Shown piece after piece: positions 44,429 to 54,647 of a stretch of DNA of 64,000 nt. The position numbers and the translations under genes are program-made. The notes under the pieces are model-generated. The model saw only the letters and a program-made list of their open reading frames with translations, was not told the origin of the DNA and ran no database searches. Every line of letters begins with the position of its first letter. Position 1 is the first letter of the stretch. The DNA lies in the NCBI GenBank assembly GCA_019828565.1, contig JAHDYR010000012.1, positions 1,607,780-1,671,779 on the forward strand. The letters are read 5' to 3'. The DNA comes from Carpediemonas membranifera BICM. Taxonomy: Eukaryota > Protista > Fornicata.

Positions 44429-44965
44429 ATGCCAAACTGCACGGATTTCTCACCGAGCGAGGATGTCGTCACTCAATGGAATGATACCAACACAGATATC
44501 CAGAGCCTTGTGTATAACACACTCGCAGACCCGTCCATCTGGCAATTCGAGGAGCTTATTCACACAGCGGTTGGCCAGATGATCGCAACGGACTCCCAAT
44601 ACGCTACATACAACAAATACATGCACGCAATGATGTTCAAACCATATTCGGGGACACATTCAGAGTGGGATAACGTGCTGATGACGAAGCATCGCAGGAT
44701 ATGCATCATCCGCGCCATAGAGTCCCTCAACGGCATCGCTGTCAAGTTCCCAGACATCCTTGAAGTCTCTGGCGTCGGTCTCACCGCCGCTGCTCTCGAG
44801 AGGGAGCTGATGGACCTCATCATGGGCGGGCTCGTCAGCGGCGCCATCGACTCGGAGTCTCAGGCTGTCGAGGTCAGTGGGTACATCGATCTGGACGTCA
44901 GCGAGGAGAGGCGGGCTGCAGCAGACGCCCTGCTGGCCAAGTGGCTGGGCCGCATCTCGGGCTGA
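44429..44965 (+). CDS. PCI-domain protein (CSN7/eIF3m-like)
   Basis: FEELI...LERELMDLIMGGLVSGAIDSESQAVEV..LLAKW; 5' end uncertain. Confidence 0.68.
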   Translation: MPNCTDFSPSEDVVTQWNDTNTDIQSLVYNTLADPSIWQFEELIHTAVGQMIATDSQYATYNKYMHAMMFKPYSGTHSEWDNVLMTKHRRICIIRAIESLNGIAVKFPDILEVSGVGLTAAALERELMDLIMGGLVSGAIDSESQAVEVSGYIDLDVSEERRAAADALLAKWLGRISG

Positions 44966-45058
44966 GGGGCGGCATTGTTGATAAACGTGCTTATGGGCCT
45001 GGGGCTACTGCCCTGAGCTGGCTGGGGTCAGACTCGGTCCGACTCCGAATCCACGGCT

Positions 45059-46354
45059 ATGACGAACGAGTATATCCGCCCTTCGTCGCCGATAGGGTAC
45101 GGAAAGGATCACACTGAACTAGACGACAGCACATATGAGCGATTGAAAGCAAAGTGGGCCGCCAAGCTTGCAACTTCGCCCGGAACGCCACACCCCGTAT
45201 CTCCTGAGCGGACGCCGAGCACATCGCCGTCGGCACGCCGCAATCTAGGCTTCAACGACGTATCCTTTACCTCTCCTGCACGCTCTCTCTCCGAAGCCTC
45301 TTCGCCCGCCCGCACCGCCTCCTCCAAGCCCAAGAGCCCCATTCTACAGGCGGCAACCCGTACCATGGACCGCATGGACATGGCGCCGGCGCCCCGACTC
45401 CCGCAGACGGCGATGACGACGCCCCCAGACATAGTCGGCCCTGGGTTCCACGAGGCCATGGAGGGAATCATGGCCCGACTCAGCAGCCTCGAGCTCAGGA
45501 CCGCACAGGTCGGGCGGGAGGTGCACAAGCCGGAGTACAAGCAGGAGTATAGCCGGCCAGAGAGCTCAGTGCCCCTCCGGCCGGCCCCAGTCTCCCGGCC
45601 GGCCCCCCAGCCCGCCGTGTTCGTCTCCCGGCAGCACCTGTTCTTCGGCTGCGGTACGCAGCCGGTCATCAAGCGGCTCCGACTCCGCAACTCAGACCCG
45701 GCCCAGGGCGTGTCGGTGAGCCTCACCGTCGACCGGCGGACCCACTCTGCGACTGCCTCGTTCCCGCCGTTCACCGTGACATCCGGCCGCGCCATTCACC
45801 TCGGGCCACTCGAGACGGCGACGGTGGAAGTCACGTGGCGCCCCCCGGCCCCTGTGAGGTCGGGCCGGCTGGAGGACTTCTTCTGCCACGCCAAGCTCGT
45901 CATTGACGCGGCAGGGGCGGCATACCAGGTGCCCCTGCTCGCCGTCCCCGGCCAGCCCCAGGTCGTCGTGGGCCGCACCGCCGTGTTCAGCGGGGACAGC
46001 CAGCTGTACGGGTCGGTCGAGCTCGAGAACAAGGGCACCGCGCCGGCCTTCCTGCAGTTCGAGCACGGGGCGGTACCAGAGTCGCCTGTGGTCATGCCAG
46101 GGGCGACAGTTATGTGTAAGGTCCGGGGGACAGCCGGGCAGGATCGGATCTTCGAGTATAGATACGAAACCGGGTCCGAGCCTCTCCGTGTTCTTGCCGC
46201 ACAGGCCGGGGTCAACGATTGCCCCGCGCTGTCCCGGCAGGAACCCCCGGCCATGCTCAGTCGAGTGGCGCTGACGGCCGAGGAGGTCGAGCCGTTCTTC
46301 AGGGCGGGGCTGAGTGCGGTGGTGGGGCATGCACTGATCGCCAAGGGTAAGTAG
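45059..46354 (+). CDS. CEP192/Spd-2-like centrosomal ASH-domain protein
   Basis: Disordered S/P-rich N-terminus; LFFG..LRLRN..HLGPLETATVEVTWRP, ELENKGTAPAF, GSEPLR. Confidence 0.6.
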   Translation: MTNEYIRPSSPIGYGKDHTELDDSTYERLKAKWAAKLATSPGTPHPVSPERTPSTSPSARRNLGFNDVSFTSPARSLSEASSPARTASSKPKSPILQAATRTMDRMDMAPAPRLPQTAMTTPPDIVGPGFHEAMEGIMARLSSLELRTAQVGREVHKPEYKQEYSRPESSVPLRPAPVSRPAPQPAVFVSRQHLFFGCGTQPVIKRLRLRNSDPAQGVSVSLTVDRRTHSATASFPPFTVTSGRAIHLGPLETATVEVTWRPPAPVRSGRLEDFFCHAKLVIDAAGAAYQVPLLAVPGQPQVVVGRTAVFSGDSQLYGSVELENKGTAPAFLQFEHGAVPESPVVMPGATVMCKVRGTAGQDRIFEYRYETGSEPLRVLAAQAGVNDCPALSRQEPPAMLSRVALTAEEVEPFFRAGLSAVVGHALIAKGK

Positions 46355-46482
46355 GGTAGAGTAAACAAGGTTTGGTTGAAAGGTTAGGTTTTGAGACGGC
46401 TATGGGCCGCGGGGCGGTCGCCAGTGTGCTGGCGAGAGTACGGTCCTGACATAGTCTGCGAGCGGGATTCCGTGCCGGGCCG

Positions 46483-46791
46483 TCATGCTACAGGTCTGCC
46501 TCTTTGGGGCTGCGGCCCTATGACGCCCGTGCCGAGGGTGGGGAGGTCGCGCCGGCCGAGGATGTGACCCCCTAAGCTGCTGATGACGATGGGCTGTGCC
46601 ATCTTCGTCACGATTTGCCTCGGTTTCAGAGACGAGAAGCGCACAGTCGGCCCCGGAGTCTGGGCGATGGTCCTGGTCATGCCCGCTATGGTGATCTCGG
46701 CCGGGTCCGTCCACTCACACATCAACGGCGGGGCTGGAGGGAGGGGGGGAATAAGCAGAGGATTTATGTCTACAGACACCTCCATGCTCAC
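46483..46791 (-). CDS. Hypothetical small protein
   Basis: ~100 aa ORF with an ATG at 46785, convergent with the previous gene; no motif. Confidence 0.35.
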   Translation of the reverse strand: MSMEVSVDINPLLIPPLPPAPPLMCEWTDPAEITIAGMTRTIAQTPGPTVRFSSLKPRQIVTKMAQPIVISSLGGHILGRRDLPTLGTGVIGPQPQRGRPVA

Positions 46792-47612
46792 TGGGGTGAC
46801 CCATCGGGCAGCTCATCAAATGATGGGCCCTGTTGTTTGAAAATTAGCCGGTGTATTCGAACAAAGCACGTGACACTAGCAGCTTTGAGCGAGGGAGGAG
46901 ACAAGGCGAGCTCATCCATGCATCGATGATGATGACAGAGTGGGTCGGCATCGAATGATGGTCGGTTGACCGGATCAATGGATGAGATTGAAAACTATTG
47001 TCATGTTTGTTTGAGTTGCTGCTCTGACTGACGAGCCAGGCAGCTGAATGGCCGGCGGCTCGGATACATTCGAGAGAGGGCCAGCCGTTGCGGGTGCTGA
47101 CTCTTCACCCGGCCGACCCACTCCGCGACCCACCTTTCCATGGGAGCGGCACATACTCCTTGATGGCAAACAACATGTGTCTCCAGACCCTCCGGACAGG
47201 CATGGTCCGCCCAAACCACCCCCAAATGGAGCTAATGGGTGTATCCCTTGTGCTTTTGAGGGCTTCGCCGCTGCTGATGATGTGGCTAATGATGTGGCAA
47301 CCGAGTTGTAGCGTTATTACTCGACCCAGCCGTCCTTGGGTGGATCCTTCATGACGCGTATTAGCTAATGTAGCGTTACTCGAGTATATAATGTCGGACT
47401 GTCGGACTGTGCCTCGCGCAGATCGTCCTCGACGCGACGTCGCAGCTCTGCGTCGCCGATGGTGTACGAACACCCTGCCAAAAGGTCCTAAGGGCTCCCT
47501 CGACGCAAGCTGGTAGGGGTCGGCCCCTAACCCGGACTTCTGACATATGGGGCGCTGTTTGACCATCCTTGACACATATCAGAGGGGTGCATTTTATGGT
47601 CATGCACGAGTA

Positions 47613-48473
47613 ATGGGTCACGGAAAGGAGAAGCGTGGGCCTCTCACCGATGAGGAGCAGCAAAAGAAGACTGAGGTGAAAGAAAAGTGGAATGCCTGGT
47701 TTCAGGAGGCAAAGGGGCTGATGGTTAACGCAGAACGGACGCCAGAGGAGACAGCTGGGCTCAAGACGGTTTTGACGAAGCTTCTTACCGTGAACCCCGC
47801 GTGTTACTACATATGGAACGCCCGCAAATCCCTCATTGAGACCGAGCTCGCTTCCCTCTCCCCCGAAGAGGCGAGGAAGGTACTGACCTCCGAGCTCCAC
47901 TTCAACACGGCCTCCCTTCTCAAGAGCACCGACAACAGCAAGATCTACTCCAGCTGGTACTACAGACGCTGGCTCCTCTCCCAGCTTGGCCAGGAAGCAT
48001 GGCTGGCGGAGCCCGCCGTGTGGATGAAGCAACTCGCCGAGCGGGACACCCGGAACTTCCACGTGTGGGATCACATGCTCACTGTCAGGGCCCACGGAGC
48101 CCTCAGCGAAGACAGCTGGCGGGAGTACGCGATGAACGGCGAGGCGTCCAACTACAGCCTGTGGCACCAGCGGGCCGGGCTCGTGCGGGGCATCCTGGAC
48201 AGCGGGGACGACGTCACAAGTACTATCCTGCGGGAATTCGAGGAGGTGATGATGGCCAACGCCCAGGACCCGACCGGGACGTCCTACTGGCACTACTTCG
48301 TGTGGCTCTGCTCTGTAGTCGCCAAGCAGGAGACCATCGAGCCTTTTGCCGAGAGCATCGAAACAATCGTTGCTCTCGCTGCCGATGACCCCACGACGGC
48401 GCTGCCCCGCGACGGCCGGCGGTGTCTCGAGCGGGGGCTGGGGCTGGTCGGCAGGGGCGAGCTCCTCGCCTGA
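47613..48473 (+). CDS. RABGGTA: Protein prenyltransferase alpha subunit, probably Rab GGTase alpha
   Basis: MGHGK start and PPTA repeats NPACYYIWNARK, NSKIYSSWYYRRW, DTRNFHVWDH, NYSLWHQR, DPTGTSYWHY. Confidence 0.8.
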   Translation: MGHGKEKRGPLTDEEQQKKTEVKEKWNAWFQEAKGLMVNAERTPEETAGLKTVLTKLLTVNPACYYIWNARKSLIETELASLSPEEARKVLTSELHFNTASLLKSTDNSKIYSSWYYRRWLLSQLGQEAWLAEPAVWMKQLAERDTRNFHVWDHMLTVRAHGALSEDSWREYAMNGEASNYSLWHQRAGLVRGILDSGDDVTSTILREFEEVMMANAQDPTGTSYWHYFVWLCSVVAKQETIEPFAESIETIVALAADDPTTALPRDGRRCLERGLGLVGRGELLA

Positions 48474-48723
48474 TGAAGCGTGTCCGGTACTCAATGATGA
48501 CTGCATTTTATGGTAAATGGCGCGTCCTTGCAGTCAGCCAGCTGAGCCAGTTGATGAGCACCCGTTCAAATCGCCCTTTGCTCGACAGCCCTTGGCCACG
48601 CCCGCGTGGCCTGGGGTGTTCCTATCAGGGCCGCCGTTGATGTCGAGCATTTATATCATGGTGATAGAGTATAGGGCGTTGTTCCAGTCTCAGCTGGCCA
48701 TCAGCGCCGTGACCATGCCCTTC

Positions 48724-48789
48724 AACTGTCGATTAACTGTCGATTAACTGTCGATTAACTGTCGATTAACTGTCGATTAACTGTCGATT
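48724..48789 (+). repeat. Minisatellite (aactgtcgatt)x6
   Basis: Six exact 11 bp units. Confidence 0.97.
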
Positions 48790-48936
48790 TCGGCCGCATT
48801 TTTGGTGTGCCGCGCAGGATTAGAATTGTTGAGTCTAAAGTCTTCACATGAACCCCCAGTAAACATCTCTAAATACCATTTGGCCAGTCTAAAAGTGCAC
48901 CACAACGTTTTCCAATTGGGCCCTCCTGGTTGAAGC

Positions 48937-49815
48937 ATGGACATCAACGATCAGCCATATGATGAGGCAGAAGACATCGAAAGCGCATCCTCCCACCCAT
49001 CATTTGATGAAATGGATGATAATGAGTTCCCCGAGGACGATCTTGACGGCGATCTCGGCAGCTTCGAGGAATCTCCAACTCTGCACAACTCTAAGCATGG
49101 ATTAGATGATATGGATGACCATATGGACACGGACGAGGGACTTGCTGATGACTATGATGAACGCCAATTGGCCGCGTCCCACAATGCCCCAATTCCAGCC
49201 AACGCGAGGGAAATCAGCGATCTGTTCTCCTACATCGACGTCTATGTACCTCGTGAGATCGAGATGCCAGTCAAGCTTGAGCCCTTTATCCCAGAGTACA
49301 TGCCCGCCGTCGGCGACGTCGACCCCTTCCTCAAGGTACCTAGACCAGACGGGAAGCTTGATAATGTCGGTCTGTTCTTCTCTGATGAGCCATCGCTGGA
49401 CCCTAGTGACCCTACTGTCCTTGAGCTTGAGCTCCGCACATCCCTCGGCGGGTCGTCACAGTCGTCGGCGAAGAGGACGATTGTACCGACCCCAGCTGCA
49501 ATCCAGAACTGGATTGACAACGTTGAGCGGCTGCATAAGGAGCAGCCCGTCGCTCAGGTGTCGTACTCGAAGCCGATGCCCGACATCGACGACCTCATGC
49601 AAATATGGCCCGCTGAGTTCGAGGAGATCCTCAAAACGTCCACTCTCCCCGGCCCCGACATTGAGCTGAGTCTGTCCGAGTATCTAGAGGTGGTAGCGAC
49701 ACTGCTTGATGTTCCATTCGAGAGGGGACAGGAGAGAGAGGTGCTCCATCTCCTGTTCACTCTGTTCCACGAGGTCAACACGAACGAACATTATGTCGCA
49801 CAGGGGAACCAGTAG
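48937..49815 (+). CDS. IFT46: Intraflagellar transport protein 46
   Basis: Acidic N-terminus; LEPFIPEYMPAVGDVDPFLKVPRPDG, DEP..SDP, MPDIDDLMQIWP, LHLLFTLF. Confidence 0.95.
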   Translation: MDINDQPYDEAEDIESASSHPSFDEMDDNEFPEDDLDGDLGSFEESPTLHNSKHGLDDMDDHMDTDEGLADDYDERQLAASHNAPIPANAREISDLFSYIDVYVPREIEMPVKLEPFIPEYMPAVGDVDPFLKVPRPDGKLDNVGLFFSDEPSLDPSDPTVLELELRTSLGGSSQSSAKRTIVPTPAAIQNWIDNVERLHKEQPVAQVSYSKPMPDIDDLMQIWPAEFEEILKTSTLPGPDIELSLSEYLEVVATLLDVPFERGQEREVLHLLFTLFHEVNTNEHYVAQGNQ

Positions 49816-50247
49816 GCACTATATACATAGCATGTAAAGCATCACTGAGACACAAGTGAGGCGGGTGAGGGTTTCTCGAGTCCAAGCGTCAGCCACCCGC
49901 TTGGAGGGTGAGGTGAGCTTCCCACATCATCCGTATCATGCTGGCACACAGCTCGCAGGCTCCGGGCTGACCGATACCCAGCTGGTCGGCACCATGCTGG
50001 TCTCCTGGGGGCCGGACAGGTGCAGCGCGTCGTCTGCGTCCCTCGCCCCCATCCTGGCCGACATATAATTCCAGCCGGAGCCATGCCGCCCCGACGCCTC
50101 GACAAATGGATTGTGACGCTGTACAGGAAACCATCAGCATCGTTCGTGTTAAGGATTTCCTGGATAAATGCTGATGCTTCCGTGCTGGAAGCGCGTTCCA
50201 GCCTTCGTTTGCTGATGTCGTTGTTCAGTTTCTCCAACCCGCGTGAC

Positions 50248-50610
50248 TCACACAACCGACAGGCCGGTCTGCTTCCCTTGTCTCTTGGGGTGCGTCTTCC
50301 CGGGATCGTTGGCATGAGCGGTCGGGGTTGCAGAGCCGTCAGCGTGAGGCTTCACAGGCGGGCGGGCACCGGAGTCATCGGTGCTGGCCTCGATGTTTGC
50401 GGCAGGTTTCTCAAACTCTCGTATCTCATCACGGGCGGTGCGGAGTCTCTCGATCAGCTCAGTCGCCTTGCGTATCACCTCGGCGAGACACAGGTGACCG
50501 TCAAAGTACGTCGTGGCGCTCTCGCCGAACATGCGAGCAAGCGAATGGGGTAGTGCGTTCATGTGAGTGATGATCACCTTGATTGCGGCCGCCTTGGTGT
50601 CATCAGTCAT
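50248..50610 (-). CDS. Hypothetical protein
   Basis: 120 aa ATG ORF with a coiled-coil-like middle; may continue via frameshift. Confidence 0.35.
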   Translation of the reverse strand: MTDDTKAAAIKVIITHMNALPHSLARMFGESATTYFDGHLCLAEVIRKATELIERLRTARDEIREFEKPAANIEASTDDSGARPPVKPHADGSATPTAHANDPGKTHPKRQGKQTGLSVV

Positions 50611-50637
50611 AGTTCAAGTTCAAGTTGTTTACCTCTA

Positions 50638-51080
50638 CTATCGCGGCCTTCTGAGTCTGCTGAGCACTTCTGTGATCCACTGGTGTGGGGGGCCGATGTC
50701 GTTGCTGAAGCCCCTGGGCGGTCCGTCCGTGCCTGCTCTGACGAACGTCAATGCTGGGAGGCCTGTGAACTCCTCCATCTGGTGCTTGGCACCGGCGAGG
50801 TGGGCTGCTGGGAAGTCTTGTGCGAAGAAGCCCACTGAGTATGTGGCTAGGTCGCCCGCCAGTGGCACCGACACTACTACTGCTCCCTCTGTCAGGACCA
50901 CGTCTTGCTGGGTGACGCCAGTCCCGGTGTCCGTTGCCTCGAAGTCTACGATTGCGAGCAGGGGCGTCTTGCTTTGCTTCTGCTTGACTGCCGTTTTTCT
51001 GGAGCGCGTACGTGTGCTTGAGTGCGGGTAGGGTCTGCTCAGACGAGTTCGTGAGGGGGACGTGATCAGGCCGGTGCGCT
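50638..51080 (-). pseudogene. Possible DEDD exonuclease fragment interrupted by element I
   Basis: Frame is open from the LTR edge and contains LLAIVDFEATD..LTEGAVV (ExoI-like); ExoII and ExoIII not seen. Confidence 0.35.
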
Positions 51081-54000
51081 TGTGCCGTGCCTTTGGGGCG
51101 TGCTAGCAAAACCTGTGTGTGTGCCGGGAATAGTGAGACGTGCTTGCTGAAGCCGTCTACTGCTGCAATGATATATTTTGACCCGTCAGCCGACTCAGGA
51201 AGTGGGCCGAGTGTGTCAATAAAGACGACCTCGAACGGGTTGGCGGGCTGAGTGCTGTGGTATGGGACGTCCGTGTCGGCGCTGCGCCTCAGCTGACAGG
51301 TGGGGCACGCCTGGATGAACTTCTTGACGTCTGACTGCATCCCCGACCAGTTGTGTCCACCGGCGCGGATGGCCTGTACGGTCCGCCGGATGCCATGGTG
51401 ACCGACAGCGTCGTTGTGCGCACCTTGCAGGATGTGCTGGTGGCTGTCGTCGAGCGCGGAGACCTCTGCGTCGGTCTGAGGAAGGGCGTGGGAGAGAGTG
51501 TCCGCAACGACGTTCGACGCGCCCTCAATGTGGACGATCGTGGGGTTGTAGTCGCTCAGGATCATCTTCCATCGCGCGATCTTCGCGTTCGAGGCTGACT
51601 TTCGGAACAGGTAAGTGAGGTTCCTGTGGTCCGTGAAGACCTTCCAGTCTTGTTTCAACCATAGGATAGCGGAGAAGTCCGGACGCGTGAGTGTATATAG
51701 GATCGCATAGAGTTCCTTCTCGTACGTCGTCCAGCGTGTTTGCGGGCCCGTCAGCTTTTTGCTAACGAACGTGAGGATCTGACGAGTCTCGCCCTTGAGT
51801 TGGAAAATGACGCCGCCAATCCCGTAATCACTCGCATCGGTATAAACCTCCCAGGAGAGCGACGGGTCGGGATGTGTGAGTTCGATGTGCTTGGTAATGG
51901 CGGCTTTCAGGGCCTGCAGTGCGGCGTCTTGCTCGTCAGTCCACGTGAGGCGGGTGTGTTTCGCACCGGTCATGAGTCGGGTGAGGGGCTCCATCAGCGT
52001 TGCGCTAAAGGGGATGAATGACCGCAGGTAGTTGAATTTTCCCACGATTCGGCGTAGCTCCGTGACGGTCTGGGGGACCGTGAGCTCCTTGAGGGCGGCG
52101 ATCCTGTCCGGGTCGATGCGGATGCCGTCAGCGGAGAGGATGAAGCCCACGACCTTGACGGATCGGCTGCCGATCGTGCACTTCTCGGCGCTGAGGCGTA
52201 GGTTCGCGTCCTTGAGGAGTTGTAGTGTCTTTTGGAGACAAGCGAGGAATTCAGCCTTTGTGCGGCCATATAGCAGTATGTCGTCGATGTAAACCGCCGC
52301 GCCTCGGTGGAGTACGGGTGCGAGGACTTTCTGCATAGCTCGCTGAAAGGCCGCGGGGGCTGTTTTGATTCCGAAGGGTACGCGGCAGAATTCCACGTAG
52401 TCGTCCGGGGTGACAGTTGCTGTGAGTGCGATATCATCAGGGTGGACTCGCATCTGGTGATAACCTGAGCGCAGGTCTAACGAGGCGAAATACTGAGCGC
52501 CGGCCGCCTCCCTGGCAAACAGTCGTAAGTCGGGGAGGGGGAAATGATCATCCTGGATGTACGCATTGATTCGGGTGTTGTCAACGCACACGCGGATCTT
52601 CCCAGACTTGTGGCCGTGCTTAACGATCACGATGGGGGCAGATAAAGGGCCTTCGGAGTCTCGAACGATACCTTGCGAGCGCCAGCGCTGGATTTCAGCA
52701 TGTACTTGCTCTCTGAGAGCTGGATCAGCGATAGGGCGTGGCTTCGCCTGTATGAGGACGTCATCCGTGAGCCTGATGTGGAGAGGATCGAGCTTGGAAC
52801 CTTCTGGGGGCAGCTCAGGCTCGAATACTTGTGAATGCTCTCGGAGAAGGGGCAGAAGAATGTCCTCCTTGAGCTCCGGGACTGTTACTGCTTCATATCC
52901 TCGGGGTGCAACGTTGTCGACGGCTATATCGTCATCGTCGTCGGCTGAAACAGCGGTATCGGATGGGAACGACAGGCTCAGGGAATCTTCGGTGAGGATC
53001 CCTAGTCTGCGAGTACGTCCGTTCCTAATAGGAACTTTGGCACATCTCCCGGAATAATGAGGGCCAGTATCGAGATCTCAGTGTCGTAGCCCGCGGGCCT
53101 GGGCAGGGCAACGGTAACTCGGAGGTATCTGTCGCTAGTGAATGAGTCGCCGGTTGCGACAGCTGCGGAGGTCTTTCTGCCTGTGACGACTCCGCAGCTC
53201 GTGCGTTGGTATAAATGCTCTGCAAAACCACTCGAAACGCATGTGACTCCCGCCCCCGTATCAATAACAATCGGATACTCCAGGCCATTTATATGGCCGT
53301 TCAGGGTGAGCGGGCCCTGCTGGGGGGTGTGCGCGTCGACTGTGTCTACACGCTCCTTACGGGGAGGATTGGGGCGCAGACGGCCGTTGTCACGCGTGAA
53401 CTTGGGTTTGAAGGCAGGCTTCTCGGCAGTCGGACACTCGGAATTCCAGTGGTTGCCACCGCACTTCTCACAGGGAGCAGGAGGGGCGCGGTTGCCCGGA
53501 TTGACGTCGTTTGCTCGGGCCGGGGGTGCGGTGTTCTTCTTGACAGCAGGCTTCTTAGGCTTGGAAGGGGCCTCATCGTCGTTGTCCGCGTCCTTCTTCT
53601 GCTTGATGGGAACGAGCTCGTAGCCCTTGATCAGGGCAGTCTGGGCAAGCTCGTCTTCTTCATCGGCGGCCTCGAGGGCGAGAGTGATGGTGTCTTCGAG
53701 CGAGAGGGTGGTGGCGACCGCTAATTCGGTCTTCAGGCGTACGGCGCGTTGTAGGGGGTACGGGCGCAGGTTGTTGATGAAGATCTTGGCGGCCTTCTTC
53801 TCAGGCTTGTCGACCTTCTCGTCGTCATCGTCATCGGTGTCGTCCTCCTCCGGTTGTTCCTCATCGGGGAAATCTACCTCAGTGCGGGAGGCGTATACGG
53901 CGCGGAATTGCGTGGCAAATAAACGGACGATGCCTCGACGAGTGACTTTGGGCGGAGCGAGCGTGGGCATGGTGCAGCGAGTGTGCTGGAGTTCTCTGAC

Positions 54001-54340
54001 CCACTCGTCGGCGTTGCGGGGCAACAAGAGCGTCGAGGGCTTCGGAGACCTGGTCATCAGAGAGGTCTTGGATTTTTGCGTCAGTCTGTCTCTCAACGGC
54101 GTCAATATACGTCTCATCAAGGAAGACTCGGTAGTTCGCATTGGGGAAGAAGACTTTCAGTCTGTCAACTTCTTGGCGATAGGCTTTCACCCCGGAGCGG
54201 GTGAGCTCGCGGAGCTTAGGGAAATTGCTGGTGCTGATATTGCTGAACATGGTGGTTGTTGTGGACTAGTTTTAAAACTGTGCCGTGCCTTTGGGGCGTG
54301 CTAGCAAAACCTGGTGAGGAAGTATTTAATAGATTGCGAT
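51081..54340 (-). mobile_element. Gypsy element I (gag-PR-RT-RH, integrase truncated)
   Basis: 35 bp direct repeats 51081-51115 and 54279-54313; palindrome agttttaaaact at 54268-54279; gag ATG 54250; CEKCGGNHWNSEC, IDTGA, LDLRSGYHQ, YIDD, YTDAS, HHCC; no TSD found. Confidence 0.9.
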
Positions 54341-54647
54341 ACGGTGCCGCGGGCCAGCCGGGACCGTATCGTATCGGCTAAAAATAAATACTGATCGAGC
54401 CTAGAGTGGCATCAGCCATGACACGCCTTCGTCCACTCTTTCAGGTGGTCATGGTAACTCTTGGCGAGTTGACGAGTAAGTTTGTTCTTGTTAAGCTCCG
54501 TATAAAATGTCTCGCTCAAGGCCTCTGCCTCTGCCGGGTCAGACCTGAGGGGCGAGTGAAATCGGATCACGCATGAGACAGTAGCAGCCCGAAGGAGAAC
54601 TGTGGAACCCAGGCTGAGGGAAACACAGAGATCTGAGGTCGCCCCGG

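Noticed and set aside
45109-48506. Long antisense ORFs (45109-45795, 45692-46330, 47376-48506) and similar ones opposite retroelement genes
   Set aside because: Shadow frames of GC-rich coding strands with no motifs.
48724-48789. CRISPR array or telomeric repeat
   Set aside because: No spacers, no G-rich telomere motif, and internal position.
921-54250. Programmed ribosomal frameshifts in pol genes
   Set aside because: Breaks fall at inconsistent positions, often in short homopolymers, and differ between duplicate copies; decay or sequencing error is more likely.
54338-54404. Helitron 3' end (cgatacggt..accgtatcg hairpin followed by ctag)
   Set aside because: Large loop and ~30 nt spacing to CTAG are atypical; no 5' TC end or Rep/helicase is seen.
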